Positions 34,305 through 46,539 of a stretch of 64,000 nt of DNA are shown piece by piece (the first letter of the stretch is position 1; the number at the start of each line of letters is the position of its first letter). Both the position numbers and the translations under genes were made by a program. Under the pieces are notes generated by a model. It did no database searches. It had not been told where the DNA came from and saw nothing but the letters and a program-made list of their open reading frames with translations. Source of the DNA: Gammaproteobacteria bacterium (GTDB taxonomy: Bacteria > Pseudomonadota > Gammaproteobacteria > SZUA-140). The stretch covers positions 65 to 64,064 of the forward strand of contig JALSIC010000026.1 of assembly GCA_026981935.1 (NCBI GenBank), given 5' to 3'.

Positions 34305-34427
34305 CCGTCCCGTCCCGGTGTCTGCCCTTGCCCTGTCCCTGAAAAGACGGCCGCTGAAAAGGCGGCCTTGCATGTCGGCGGCCAGCGGCGATAATAGGCG
34401 CTTTGCCGATGGAGTCCCTCCCCACCG

Positions 34428-36188
34428 ATGAAACATGCGCTGGAAAAACTCGTCGCCCAGGCCGTGACACGGTTGCAGGATGCGGGCGAACTGCCCGCGG
34501 ACCTCGCCCTGGAGATCCAGATCGAACGCACCCGGGACCGGCGCCACGGTGATTTCGCCTGCAACGTCGCCATGATCCTCGCGCGCCAGGCACGCCGTGC
34601 GCCGCGTGAGCTGGCGCAGCGCATCGTCTCGGCCCTCCCCGCCATGGAGACGGTGGCCGCAGTGGAGGTGGCGGGACCGGGTTTCATCAATTTCCGTCTC
34701 GCGCCTTCGGCCTACCACCAGGTGGTGCGCGACATTCACGCCGCCGGCGAGGCCTTCGGCCGCAGCACCGTGGGGCAGGGACGGCGCGTGCAGGTGGAGT
34801 TCGTCTCCGCCAACCCCACCGGTCCCCTGCACGTGGGCCACGGGCGGGGGGCCGCCTACGGCGCTGCAGTGGCAGACCTGCTGGTGGCGGCCGGATTCCA
34901 GGTGCATCGGGAATACTATGTCAACGATGCCGGCCGCCAGATGGATATCCTCGCCACCAGCCTGTGGCTGCGCTATCTGGAACACTGCGGTGAAACCCTC
35001 CCCTTTCCCGCCAACGGCTACCGCGGCCGGTACGTCATCGACATCGCCGCGGACCTCCATGCCCGCGAAGGCAGGGCCCTGCATCGCCCGGCCGCCCGCG
35101 TCTTCGCCGATCTGCCGCCCGACGAAGGCGCCGGCGGCGACAAGGAGGCCCATATCGACGCCCTCATCGCCCGCTGCCGTGAACTGCTGGGGGAGGCGGA
35201 CTACGAAAAAATCTTCGACTTCGGCCTGTCGGCCATCCTGGACGACATCCGCAGCGACCTGGAAGAATTCGGCGTGGTCTACGAGGCGTGGTACTCGGAG
35301 CGCAGCCTGCTTGAGCGCGGCATCGCCCAGCGGGCCATTGAACGCCTCAAGCAGGGCGGGTTCCTCTACGAGCGCGAGGGTGCGTGGTGGTTCCGCTCCA
35401 CCCAGTTCGGCGATGAAAAGGACCGGGTGGTGATCCGGGAGAATGGTCAGGCCACCTATTTCGCCCACGACATCGCCTACCACATGGACAAGATGGAACG
35501 GGGTTTCGAGCGCGTGATCGACATCTGGGGTGCCGACCACCATGGCTACGTGCCGCGCATCAAGGCGGCGCTGGCCGCCCTGGGTGACGATCCCCGGCGC
35601 CTGGACGTGCTCCTGGTCCAGTTCGCCAGTCTCTACCGGGGTGGCGAGAAGATTCCCATGTCCACCCGCAGCGGCCAGTTCGTCACCCTGCGCGAGCTGC
35701 GCCGCGAGGTGGGCAACGATGCGGCCCGGTTCTTCTACGTGCTGCGCAAATGCGAGCAACACATGGACTTCGATCTGGATCTCGCCAAGTCCCAGAGCAC
35801 CGACAACCCCGTCTATTACGTCCAGTACGCCCATGCGCGCATCTGCAGCGTGATGCGCCAGCTCGCCGAGCAGGGACTGGTCTGGGACAGGGAGCAGGGT
35901 CTGTCCGAACTGCGGCAACTGGTGGAGGAACACGAAGAGACCCTGCTCGTCACCCTGTCGCGCTATCCGGAGGTCATCGAAACGGCGGCACTGGCCCACG
36001 AGCCCCACCAGCTCGCCTATTACCTGCGTGAACTGGCCCAGGCCTTCCACACCTACTACAACGCCCACGCCTTCCTCGTGGAGGCACCCCCCCTGCGCAA
36101 CGCCCGTCTCGCCCTGGTCCTCGCCACCCGCCAGGTCCTGGCCAACGGCCTGGGCATCCTGGGCGTCAGCGCCCCCGAAGCCATGTAG
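34428..36188 (+). CDS. argS: Arginine--tRNA ligase
   Basis: 586 aa; class I motifs (HIGH-like [13 protein letters not shown]) and ArgRS anticodon-binding domain. Confidence 0.92.
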   Translation: MKHALEKLVAQAVTRLQDAGELPADLALEIQIERTRDRRHGDFACNVAMILARQARRAPRELAQRIVSALPAMETVAAVEVAGPGFINFRLAPSAYHQVVRDIHAAGEAFGRSTVGQGRRVQVEFVSANPTGPLHVGHGRGAAYGAAVADLLVAAGFQVHREYYVNDAGRQMDILATSLWLRYLEHCGETLPFPANGYRGRYVIDIAADLHAREGRALHRPAARVFADLPPDEGAGGDKEAHIDALIARCRELLGEADYEKIFDFGLSAILDDIRSDLEEFGVVYEAWYSERSLLERGIAQRAIERLKQGGFLYEREGAWWFRSTQFGDEKDRVVIRENGQATYFAHDIAYHMDKMERGFERVIDIWGADHHGYVPRIKAALAALGDDPRRLDVLLVQFASLYRGGEKIPMSTRSGQFVTLRELRREVGNDAARFFYVLRKCEQHMDFDLDLAKSQSTDNPVYYVQYAHARICSVMRQLAEQGLVWDREQGLSELRQLVEEHEETLLVTLSRYPEVIETAALAHEPHQLAYYLRELAQAFHTYYNAHAFLVEAPPLRNARLALVLATRQVLANGLGILGVSAPEAM

Positions 36189-36191
36189 CCC

Positions 36192-36785
36192 ATGGCCCGC
36201 CCGGCTGCGACCCGCAAAAAGAAGAAAAAGAAGCCGTCGGCGCAACCCTCGGCACCGTCCTGGCTGTGGCTGCTGCTGGGGCTTTTCATCGGCCTGAGCG
36301 CTGCGGCCGTTTTCCACTTTCTGCGCGAAGACCCGGCCGTTCCAGCGGCATCGCCACCCTCATCTTCCCCATCACCAGCCCCATCGCCAACCCCATCGAC
36401 AGACGAGACGCCGGCGGCGCAGGCGCCACCGGCGGATCCCGACGCGCCCCGCTTCGACTTCTATACCCTGCTGCCGAAGATGGAAGTGGAAATACCCAGG
36501 GAAAAACTGGAAGAGGCCCTGCGCCAGCTGCCCAAGGTGGACAGGGGCGGCACCTACATCCTGCAGGCCGGTTCCTTCCGCGACTACGAGGACGCCGACG
36601 AACTCAAGGCACGCCTCGCCCTGCTGGGCATCGAGTCCGACATCCAGACCGTGGTGATCAAAAACGGCTCCGCCTGGCACCGCGTGCGCATCGGTCCCTT
36701 CAAGGGCCTGGAGGCCGTCAAGCCCGTGCGACGCAAGCTCAAGCACAACCATATCGATTTCGTGGTGATCAGGATCGGGGATTAA
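36192..36785 (+). CDS. SPOR-domain septal peptidoglycan-binding protein (FtsN/DedD-like)
   Basis: K-rich cytoplasmic N-terminus, one TM helix, Pro/Ala-rich linker, C-terminal SPOR domain (YILQAGSFRDYEDADELKARLALLG...WHRVRIGPF). Confidence 0.75.
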   Translation: MARPAATRKKKKKKPSAQPSAPSWLWLLLGLFIGLSAAAVFHFLREDPAVPAASPPSSSPSPAPSPTPSTDETPAAQAPPADPDAPRFDFYTLLPKMEVEIPREKLEEALRQLPKVDRGGTYILQAGSFRDYEDADELKARLALLGIESDIQTVVIKNGSAWHRVRIGPFKGLEAVKPVRRKLKHNHIDFVVIRIGD

Positions 36786-36845
36786 AGGTGATCCCCGGTG
36801 GACGTGGAAGGAACACCATCGGCTGCCGGTCTCTGCGCGGCCCCG

Positions 36846-36900
36846 CGCCGGAATCCGGTACTGGGATCCTGTACTGGGATCCTGTAGTGGGATCCTGTAC
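36846..36900. repeat. Tandem array of ACTGGGATCCTGT, 4 units
   Basis: Direct reading; sits at the left border of the lower-GC TA islet. Confidence 0.8.
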
Positions 36901-36977
36901 TGGGATCCGGACTCGGACAACGGCCCGACAAACGCTACAATGGCAATCACAATCATTCGGCCGATCAGGCTGGTCAC

Positions 36978-37313
36978 ATGAAAGCTGGCGGCAAACCACC
37001 CCCGTTATCACATCAGGATGATGAGCAGCGTTATCTCGATCTGGCCCGGGAGATCGTCCTCTCGCACCTGCAGGATATGGATTGCCAAGTGTTCCTGTAT
37101 GGATCCAGGGCCTGCGGTACGGCAAGCCGGTGTTCGGACATCGATATCGGCTTTCTGTGCGACCGACCGCTGGATGAAAGACGGCTGGCGGCAATCCGTC
37201 ACAGCCTGGAAGAATCCATCGTCCCCTACCCCGTTGACCTGACGGACTTTACAGCCGTCGAGGACGAAGCCTTCAAGGCACAAGCCCTCAAAGAGGCCAT
37301 CAGATGGAGATAA
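36978..37313 (+). CDS. mntA: Minimal nucleotidyltransferase (MNT) domain protein, MntA-type antitoxin of a type VII HEPN/MNT toxin-antitoxin pair
   Basis: 111 aa; GS-x10-DxD nucleotidyltransferase motif (YGSRACGTASRCSDIDIG); overlaps the downstream HEPN gene by 10 nt; lower GC than flanks. Confidence 0.75.
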   Translation: MKAGGKPPPLSHQDDEQRYLDLAREIVLSHLQDMDCQVFLYGSRACGTASRCSDIDIGFLCDRPLDERRLAAIRHSLEESIVPYPVDLTDFTAVEDEAFKAQALKEAIRWR

Positions 37314-37735
37314 CCCAACGCCTGCAGAAAAAGATCGAGCAATACCAGAAAGCCCTCAAGGGCTTCAAAGACCTTCTTGCACTCGACCTGCGGTCTTATG
37401 AAGGCGTGGTACTGGATGGACTGCAAAACGGACTGATCCAGAAATTCGCAGTGTGCGCGGAACTCACCTGGAAACTCATCAAGCTCTATCTGCTGGCGGA
37501 ACACCAGATCGATGCCAGAACCCCGAAATCCGCCATCAAGGAATTCTACCTTGCCGGACTGGCGGACAGCGGCCTGTACGAGAAGCTGATACAAATGCAG
37601 GATGACCGCAACAGCCTGAGTCACATGTACAGTGAAGCGGCCTTCCAGAAAATTCTCGGCAAGTTGAGAAGCCATGAGAACAGCATGGAAGCCGTGCTCG
37701 CCATCATCAGCAGGTCCATGACGGCGCAAGGGTAA
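37304..37735 (+). CDS. hepT: HEPN domain protein (nucleotidyltransferase substrate-binding/HI0074 family), HepT-type toxin
   Basis: 143 aa; R-x4-H-x-Y HEPN motif (RNSLSHMY); translationally coupled to the MNT gene. Confidence 0.75.
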   Translation: MEITQRLQKKIEQYQKALKGFKDLLALDLRSYEGVVLDGLQNGLIQKFAVCAELTWKLIKLYLLAEHQIDARTPKSAIKEFYLAGLADSGLYEKLIQMQDDRNSLSHMYSEAAFQKILGKLRSHENSMEAVLAIISRSMTAQG

Positions 37736-37808
37736 TATTGAGAGTTGCCTCCATGCATGACATGGACAGCCTGCATGAAGCCTCACGAAATGCAGCATAC
37801 AAGTGACG

Positions 37809-37985
37809 CCTGTCATTCCGAGCGCAGCGGGAAATGACAGGGAAGTGCGGCGGGACTGGCAAGGAGACGTGGTGGGAATGACATTGTCCCCGTCATTTCG
37901 GGACATTGTCCCCGTCATTTCGAGCGCAGCGAGAAATCCGAAACCACTGACACAAGACTTCTCCCTTCGGTCGAAATGACAAGGA
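37809..37985. repeat. Cluster of REP-like imperfect palindromes (GTCATTYCGAGCGCAGCGRGAAATGAC family), about 4 copies
   Basis: Direct reading; related copies at 51690-51930. Confidence 0.7.
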
Positions 37986-38086
37986 GATGCCGGCTCCCGA
38001 AGCCTGCATCCAGGCTGCATGGCGGCCGTCAGTCAATAATGCAAGTCTCGATAATCCCCGCTTGTTCCACCTTCTGTCCCCCGCCC

Positions 38087-40009
<1,923 letters not shown>

Positions 40010-40057
40010 TTCCGTGTCGTTTTCCTTTCTGCTGCTTTATCTTCCCTATACTATACA

Positions 40058-40114
40058 CCTCCTCCCCTCCATCCTCCGTCCTCTGTCCTCCGTCCTCTGT
40101 CCTCCGTCCTCCGA
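40058..40114. repeat. (TCCTCYG)n 7-mer tandem array (CGGAGGA on the minus strand) abutting the stop of the glutamate dehydrogenase gene
   Basis: Same array as at 120-160 and 205-240, where it abuts the DJ-1 gene stop. Confidence 0.75.
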
Positions 40115-41530
40115 TCAGTAGACCCCGATGTCCAGATAGGACCGCGCAATCTTGCGGATGGCCACCACATAACTGGCGGTACGCAGATCCTGCACCCCCG
40201 CCTCTTCCAGGTACACGCGGCGGATCTCCTGATAGGCCAGGCGCATGGTATCGTCGAGGCCGGAACGCACCAGGTCCAGTTCGTCGGCGCCGCGGCTGAT
40301 GGAATCCCGCAGGCCCGCCGGCAGGGCATTGCCGGTGGCCTCCTCCACCATGTCCGCAAACTGGCGGCCGCGCAGCTCGTCGTGGCGGCGCTGCATGCGC
40401 CCGAAACGGATGTGGGAGATGTTGCGGATCCACTCGAAATAGGAAACGGTCACGCCGCCGGCATTGACATAGGCATCGGGCAGGATCACCACCCCCTTCT
40501 TGTTGAGAATCTCGTCGGCACCGTAGGTCACGGGACCGTTGGCCGCCTCGGCGATGAGCCTCGCCTGGATGCGCGGCGCATTGTCCAGGGTGATCTGGCT
40601 CTCCAGCGCGGCAGGGATGAGGATGTCGCAGGGCATCTCCAGTACCGCCTTGCCGTCGGCCTCGAAGCGCGCCCCGGGAAAGTTGCGGATACTGCGGTGC
40701 TGAACCATGTGCTGATACAGGTCCTCTATGGCCACCCCGGCCTCGTTGATGAGCGCACCGTCGCGCTCGATGACGGCGACGATGCGGGCACCGTCTTCCT
40801 CCGAGAGGAACTTGGCGGCGTGATAACCCACGTTGCCCAGTCCCTGGATGACGATGCGCTTGCCCTCCAGCCCGCCCTCGAGGCCTGCCCTGCGGACATC
40901 CTCGGGGTGGCGGAAGAATTCCCGCAGGGCGTACTGAACCCCCCGGCCGGTGGCCTCCACGCGGCCCCGGATGCCGCCGTGGTGCACCGGCTTGCCGGTG
41001 ACGCAGGCCACGTAGTTGATGTCTTCGGGATGCAGGTGCTTGTAGGTATCCGCCATCCAGGCCATCTCCCGCTGGCCGGTACCCACGTCGGGGGCCGGCA
41101 CGTTGATGGCCGGGCTGAGAAAGCCGCGCCGCACCAGTTCCAGGGTGAAGCGCCGGGTGATGAGTTCCATCTCCTCGCGCTCATAACGGGACGGATCGAT
41201 GAGCAGGGCCCCCTTGGAACCGCCGAAGGGGACGTCCACGATGGCGCATTTGTAGGTCATGAGCGCCGCGAGCGCCTCCACCTCGTCCTGGTCGGCATAG
41301 GGGGCATAACGGATGCCGCCCTTGGCGGGGAGGCGGTGCATGCTGTGCACGGCACGCCAGCCGGTGAACACCTCGATGCGCCCCCGGATCTTGACGGGGA
41401 ACTGTACCTGCAGGACCGCAGCGCAGGACTTGATGGCCGCGGCGGTACCGGGATCCACGTCCACCACCGCCATGGCCCGGTCCACCATGAGATTGACACT
41501 GTCGCGAAATGAAGGCTCGGTCACCGCCAT
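40115..41530 (-). CDS. Glu/Leu/Phe/Val dehydrogenase family protein (glutamate dehydrogenase)
   Basis: 471 aa; catalytic-lysine region (KCAIVDVPFGGSKGAL) and NAD(P) Rossmann motif GLGNVGYHAAKF. Confidence 0.85.
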   Translation of the reverse strand: MAVTEPSFRDSVNLMVDRAMAVVDVDPGTAAAIKSCAAVLQVQFPVKIRGRIEVFTGWRAVHSMHRLPAKGGIRYAPYADQDEVEALAALMTYKCAIVDVPFGGSKGALLIDPSRYEREEMELITRRFTLELVRRGFLSPAINVPAPDVGTGQREMAWMADTYKHLHPEDINYVACVTGKPVHHGGIRGRVEATGRGVQYALREFFRHPEDVRRAGLEGGLEGKRIVIQGLGNVGYHAAKFLSEEDGARIVAVIERDGALINEAGVAIEDLYQHMVQHRSIRNFPGARFEADGKAVLEMPCDILIPAALESQITLDNAPRIQARLIAEAANGPVTYGADEILNKKGVVILPDAYVNAGGVTVSYFEWIRNISHIRFGRMQRRHDELRGRQFADMVEEATGNALPAGLRDSISRGADELDLVRSGLDDTMRLAYQEIRRVYLEEAGVQDLRTASYVVAIRKIARSYLDIGVY

Positions 41531-41660
41531 CCCTCCGTCGTCTCGGTTCGTCTTCCAGGATGCAATATGCGGACCAGTGGAAGGGGGGCACGAAGAATTT
41601 TGTCATTGCCGTCTTTGGGACTACCATGAGATGAAACAAGCACCGTTGAAGGGAGGCAGC

Positions 41661-42752
41661 ATGAAAACGAGATCCACCTTCGCCGCAGGCCTGCTCACCA
41701 CGCTGCTAACGCTGGCCATTACGCTGTCTGTTCCACTGGCTACCGGCATCGCCACCGCGGCACCATTGATGTACGTCCCCACCGGCCCCACCAACGAGGT
41801 CCTGGTCATCGACCTGCATACCGACCGCATCGTGCAACGCATCGCCGGACTGGAAAATGCCCATGGCCTGGCGGGCAACGCGCGCGCCTTCTACCTCGTC
41901 GCCGGCAGCATGCAGCCACAGGGCACCGGCGGAAACGGCGCAAAACCCGCGGCGGGGAATGACGACGCCCATGCCGCCCACCACGGCAAGGCCGCGGGCG
42001 CCGCCGCAACCTCCCCTTCCGCCACCCCCTTCGTCACCCTCATCGACCGGCGCACGCGCAAGATCACACGTCGCATCGGCGTGCCGGGACTGACCCATCA
42101 CACGGCGGTATCGCCCGATGGCGAATATGCCGCCGCCGTCCACCCCGGCAAGGGCGCCGTATCCATCATCGACCTGGATGAACAACGGGTGATCGAGAAC
42201 ATCGCCGTCGGTGCCGGCCCCAATTTTGCCCTGTTCGGTCACAGGGACGGCCACCTTTACATCTCCAATACCCGTGACGGCAGTATCAGCGTCATCGACA
42301 CGCGCCAATGGCGCCGGCTGGGCGACATCGACGTCGGTGGCGAACCGGAACACATGGCCCTGAGCGCGGATGGCAACCGCCTCTACGTGGTCGACGTGGG
42401 TAACGGCAAGGTCCTGGAAGTGGACCTGCCGGGCGCGGCGGTACGCACGATCTACCCCGTGGGCACCGCACCCCACGCCGTGGACGTCTCCACCGACCGG
42501 CGCTGGCTGTTTGTCTCCGTCAGGGGCGAAAACAGACTGGTACGCATCGACCAGGAGAGCGGCGCCCGCCTGAGCGTCGATCTCCCACCCGCCCCCTATC
42601 ATCTGGAATACGCGGAGGTGGTGGACAAGCTCTATGTCTCCAGCCGCAAGTTGCCCCGGATCTGGGTACTGGATCCCCGGACCCTGGCGGTGCGCGGGAC
42701 CATCGATCTCGGCCGCGGCGTGGGCCACCAGATGGTTGTCATCCCCGAATGA
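41661..42752 (+). CDS. Secreted YVTN-family beta-propeller repeat protein
   Basis: Signal peptide and repeated ~40-aa YVxN-like blades; GGGAGG RBS 5 nt upstream of ATG 41661. Confidence 0.6.
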   Translation: MKTRSTFAAGLLTTLLTLAITLSVPLATGIATAAPLMYVPTGPTNEVLVIDLHTDRIVQRIAGLENAHGLAGNARAFYLVAGSMQPQGTGGNGAKPAAGNDDAHAAHHGKAAGAAATSPSATPFVTLIDRRTRKITRRIGVPGLTHHTAVSPDGEYAAAVHPGKGAVSIIDLDEQRVIENIAVGAGPNFALFGHRDGHLYISNTRDGSISVIDTRQWRRLGDIDVGGEPEHMALSADGNRLYVVDVGNGKVLEVDLPGAAVRTIYPVGTAPHAVDVSTDRRWLFVSVRGENRLVRIDQESGARLSVDLPPAPYHLEYAEVVDKLYVSSRKLPRIWVLDPRTLAVRGTIDLGRGVGHQMVVIPE

Positions 42753-43122
42753 GACGCATGCGCGGGTCACGTCTGCAAACGCCGGAACAGGATATATCTC
42801 GTTTCTGGGAAAATGTAACCGGCGCCAATCCCCCGCAAGTGGTGACCATCGCGCTGTGCAAGCGCCTGGCCGCCGAACGACAGAAACTGCCAGTCACATA
42901 CTGACGGTCTCGTAGTTGAATAGACAGGGTCGGGGCTGTTGGTGCGCCGGTTCGGTAGGTTCGGTAGCCTGGATGAAGCGCTGCAAGCGCGGAATCCAGG
43001 AAACCAGACGGCAAAACCCCTGCACCCGGATTACGTTCCACTCCACCGGGCTACACATTTTGATATGGACAATTATGAGACCCTTAAAACTAGCCACATA
43101 ACCGGTCACACAAGCTGAGGCC

Positions 43123-44928
43123 ATGGCAGCGGGAGAGGAAGACGACAACAGTGTCGGTGCCCGGCAGGTACTCGCCGCCTGGCGTGCCGGCAGACCCGAC
43201 AATTACCTGCAGGCCGATCTCAACATCCAGCGGGTACTGCGCCTCTATCTCGGCAACGCATACGCGGAACACGAGCCGATGCTGAGCCAGGCTGCATCGC
43301 TGGCGGCAACACGCATGGACCGGCTGGCCATTGACTCCAACCGCGATGAAAACCTGCCGCGCCTGGAACGGTTCGATGCCATCGGTGAACGCCGCGAGGA
43401 TATCGTCTTCCACCCCGCCTATCACGAACTCGGCGCCTGTGTATGGGGCACCGGCGTGCTCAGTGTGCTGCGCGAGCCCGGCAACGAAGTACTCAGCGGC
43501 GCACTGACCTATTTCATCACCCACAACGGTGAAGCCGGCCATGCCTGCCCGGTGGCATGCACGGCCGGCCTGATCAAATTGCTGCAACAGGTGGGTTCGA
43601 CGCGGCAGAAGACCGCCTATCTCCCTGGCCTGCTGGAATCGGACTATGGCAGATGCCTGCGTGCCGCCCAGTTCGTTACCGAAATCCAGGGCGGCTCGGA
43701 CGTGGGCACCAACAGCTGCAGGGCCGTGCCCGATGACAGCCGCCCGGGCTGGTACCGTCTCCGGGGCGAAAAATGGTTCTGCTCGGTCATCGATGCCGAT
43801 CTGTTTCTCGTGACGGCCCGCCCGCGGGGCGCAGCCGCAGGAACCCGGGGGCTGGGGTTGTTCCTGGTCCCCCGCCGCATAGACGGCATCACCAACGACT
43901 TTTCCGTGCGCCGCCTCAAATACAAGCTGGGCACCCGCTCCCTGGCATCGGCCGAGGTGGATTTCGAGGGGGCACTGGGAGAACCGGTGGGCCCCTTGTC
44001 CCACGGTTTCCGTCATCTCATGGGTATCGTGATCGACACCTCCCGTGTCCACAATGCCATCGCCGCCTGCGGCCTGATGCGCCGCGCCTGTATCGAGGCC
44101 CGGGGTTATGCCCGCCACCGCGAGGCCTTCGGCAAGACGCTGGCCGAGCACCCGCCCATCGCGCAGATCCTCGCCCGCATGACCACTGTCACCACGGCCG
44201 CGGTGGCCGCCACTTTTCGCATTCTCGCCATGAACGACCGGCTGGCGGGCCGCCGCCCGCCCCCCGGACTGGCCGAGGCGCGCCGCACCCACGTCAACAT
44301 CAACAAATACTGGACCGCTGTCCAGTGCAGCCGGGTGGTCCGCGATGCCATCGAGGTCCTCGGCGGCAACGGCACCATCGAGGATTTCTCGGTATTGCCG
44401 CGCCTCTACCGCGATGCCATGGTCCTGGAAAGCTGGGAAGGGACGCACAACACGCTGTGTGCCCAGGTCCTGCGCGACTTCACCGAGCGTGGCCTGCACC
44501 GCCCCTGGCTCGCGGAAATGCGCCAGTCCCTTGCCCGGGTCGCGCATCCGGCCCTGGCTGAACAGCGTGCCCGCGCTGCTGCCCTGCTGGACGAGGTGGC
44601 GGGGCGCATTCACCGCCTGCTCCATGCCGATGCCGAATACGCGGCCCTGCACATCCGCAGTGTCGTGGAACGCATGTGCACGGCCCATGGTTTTCTGAGC
44701 CTGCTGCTGGAGCTGGACTGGGAGTTGGACTGGGAGTTGAACCGGGAGTTGGACTGGGAGCTGAACCGGCAGCCGACAAGGGCACCTGAACAGGTGGATG
44801 GAGACGAAAAAACCGCGATCCTGGCACTGTACCGCCACCTGTACGTCGACCGCACCGATGCCATGGAAGACAGCGACCTGCCGGCCCTGGTTCGCACGCT
44901 GGCCGCACCACGCCGCCAGGACATCTGA
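43123..44928 (+). CDS. Acyl-CoA dehydrogenase family protein, AidB-like, with a C-terminal ELDWELNR tandem-repeat tail
   Basis: ACAD N/M/C domains (AidB-type extended N-terminus); the C-terminal (ELDWELNR)n tail is encoded by a 12-bp in-frame DNA tandem repeat at 44709-44770. Confidence 0.7.
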   Translation: MAAGEEDDNSVGARQVLAAWRAGRPDNYLQADLNIQRVLRLYLGNAYAEHEPMLSQAASLAATRMDRLAIDSNRDENLPRLERFDAIGERREDIVFHPAYHELGACVWGTGVLSVLREPGNEVLSGALTYFITHNGEAGHACPVACTAGLIKLLQQVGSTRQKTAYLPGLLESDYGRCLRAAQFVTEIQGGSDVGTNSCRAVPDDSRPGWYRLRGEKWFCSVIDADLFLVTARPRGAAAGTRGLGLFLVPRRIDGITNDFSVRRLKYKLGTRSLASAEVDFEGALGEPVGPLSHGFRHLMGIVIDTSRVHNAIAACGLMRRACIEARGYARHREAFGKTLAEHPPIAQILARMTTVTTAAVAATFRILAMNDRLAGRRPPPGLAEARRTHVNINKYWTAVQCSRVVRDAIEVLGGNGTIEDFSVLPRLYRDAMVLESWEGTHNTLCAQVLRDFTERGLHRPWLAEMRQSLARVAHPALAEQRARAAALLDEVAGRIHRLLHADAEYAALHIRSVVERMCTAHGFLSLLLELDWELDWELNRELDWELNRQPTRAPEQVDGDEKTAILALYRHLYVDRTDAMEDSDLPALVRTLAAPRRQDI

Positions 44929-45027
44929 GCCGGCACGGCATTGCCCGGGCTTGTACTATCGGGCAAGAGGCACCATGTACATAAGGCTTGCGTCCCTCAT
45001 GTTCGTATCATCGCCGAGGAGAGAAAA

Positions 45028-46359
45028 ATGACAAAAAACGACACCGCGCTACTGCATCCCAAGGACAAGCACCGGCCCTCCAACGGCCTCGGCAGCGCCC
45101 GCCAGATCGTCCGCCTCATCCTGGCGGATTACCAGGGGCCGGTCGCCGTGCGCCTGTGGAACGGCGAGCGGGTATTCGGTGACGACCGTGCCCGTTGCAC
45201 CCTGGTATTCAGGCACCCCGCGCCCTTTCGCCACCTGATCCTGCATCAGGACATCGTCCGCCTCGGCGAGGCCTATCTCGCAGGCGACCTGGACTGGGAG
45301 GGTGACATGGAGGCCCTGTTCGACCTGGTTGAGTACCTGCGTACCTACCGGCCGGGCTGGTCGGACAAGCTCCGCGTGCTGGGACTCGCCGTGCGCCTGC
45401 CCCAGCATGGCCACGAAGACGGCCTTGACGGCCTGCGGGCCTCGCGTGCGATGCACAACAACTCCCAGGCCAGTATCGCCCGTCACTACGACGTCAGCAA
45501 CGATTTCTACCGGCTCTGGCTCGATGCCAGGATGGTCTATTCCTGCGCGTATTTCCGGGACCGCGACCAGGCGCTGGATCAGGCCCAGGCAGACAAGCTG
45601 GACTACATCTGCCGCAAGCTGCGCCTGGCGCCGGGTCAGCGCTTCCTGGACATCGGCTGCGGCTGGGGCGCGTTGGTCACCTGGGCGGCCCGGCACTATG
45701 GCGTCCAGGCCCATGGCATCACCCTGAGCAAGGAACAGTATGAATACGCGCGTGAAAAGGTCCGGGAAATGGACCTGGAAAAACAGGTGACCATCGAGCT
45801 GCGCGATTACCGGGAACTCGCCGGCGAGGCCCTGTACGACCGCATTGCCAGCGTGGGGATGTTCGAACACGTGGGCATCGACCGCTTTCCGGTCTATTTC
45901 GGCACCGTGCGCCGGGTGCTCAAACCCGGCGGCCTGTTCCTCAATCACGGTATCACCAACGATACCGGCTGGCGTGAAACCCCCATCTCGGCATTCGTCA
46001 ACCGCTATGTCTTCCCCGATGGCGAACTGACCAACATCAGCGCCGTCTGTGAGGCCATGGAACAGGCGGGTTTCGAAATCATCGACGTGGAAGGGCTGCG
46101 CCGCCACTACGCCCTCACCCTGCGCCGCTGGATAGAGAGACTGCGCGCACGCAAGGAACAGGCCGTGGCCCTGGTGGGTGAACCCGTCTACCGCCTGTGG
46201 TACCTCTACATGTCCGGCTCGGCCTATTATTTCGAGCAGGGCAGTCTCGGCATCTACCAGGTCCTGGCCGGGCACCGCTACTGCGCGCCGCCCCTGCCCC
46301 TGCGCCGTGATTTTCTCTACACGACCACGGCCAAGGGCACGGCAAAGGGCACGGAATAA
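45028..46359 (+). CDS. cfa: Cyclopropane-fatty-acyl-phospholipid synthase family SAM-dependent methyltransferase
   Basis: Cfa family motifs (DFYRLWLD, SAM-binding LDIGCGWGAL); start at the internal ATG 45028. Confidence 0.8.
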   Translation: MTKNDTALLHPKDKHRPSNGLGSARQIVRLILADYQGPVAVRLWNGERVFGDDRARCTLVFRHPAPFRHLILHQDIVRLGEAYLAGDLDWEGDMEALFDLVEYLRTYRPGWSDKLRVLGLAVRLPQHGHEDGLDGLRASRAMHNNSQASIARHYDVSNDFYRLWLDARMVYSCAYFRDRDQALDQAQADKLDYICRKLRLAPGQRFLDIGCGWGALVTWAARHYGVQAHGITLSKEQYEYAREKVREMDLEKQVTIELRDYRELAGEALYDRIASVGMFEHVGIDRFPVYFGTVRRVLKPGGLFLNHGITNDTGWRETPISAFVNRYVFPDGELTNISAVCEAMEQAGFEIIDVEGLRRHYALTLRRWIERLRARKEQAVALVGEPVYRLWYLYMSGSAYYFEQGSLGIYQVLAGHRYCAPPLPLRRDFLYTTTAKGTAKGTE

Positions 46360-46539
46360 GGGCCTTGCCGCCCCCCCAAAGCGGGATGGCCATGAACACC
46401 CTTCGCGCGGTGGGCGCGCCTGCGCCCGCTCTTGTGCAGGCGCCCCCGGCCTTACCGGGCGGCAAGACTCTCATGGGCAAAAAACTGTCAATGGCGCTGC
46501 GCTTGTGGTAGAAACTTCTTCTCGATATCTCACCAAACC

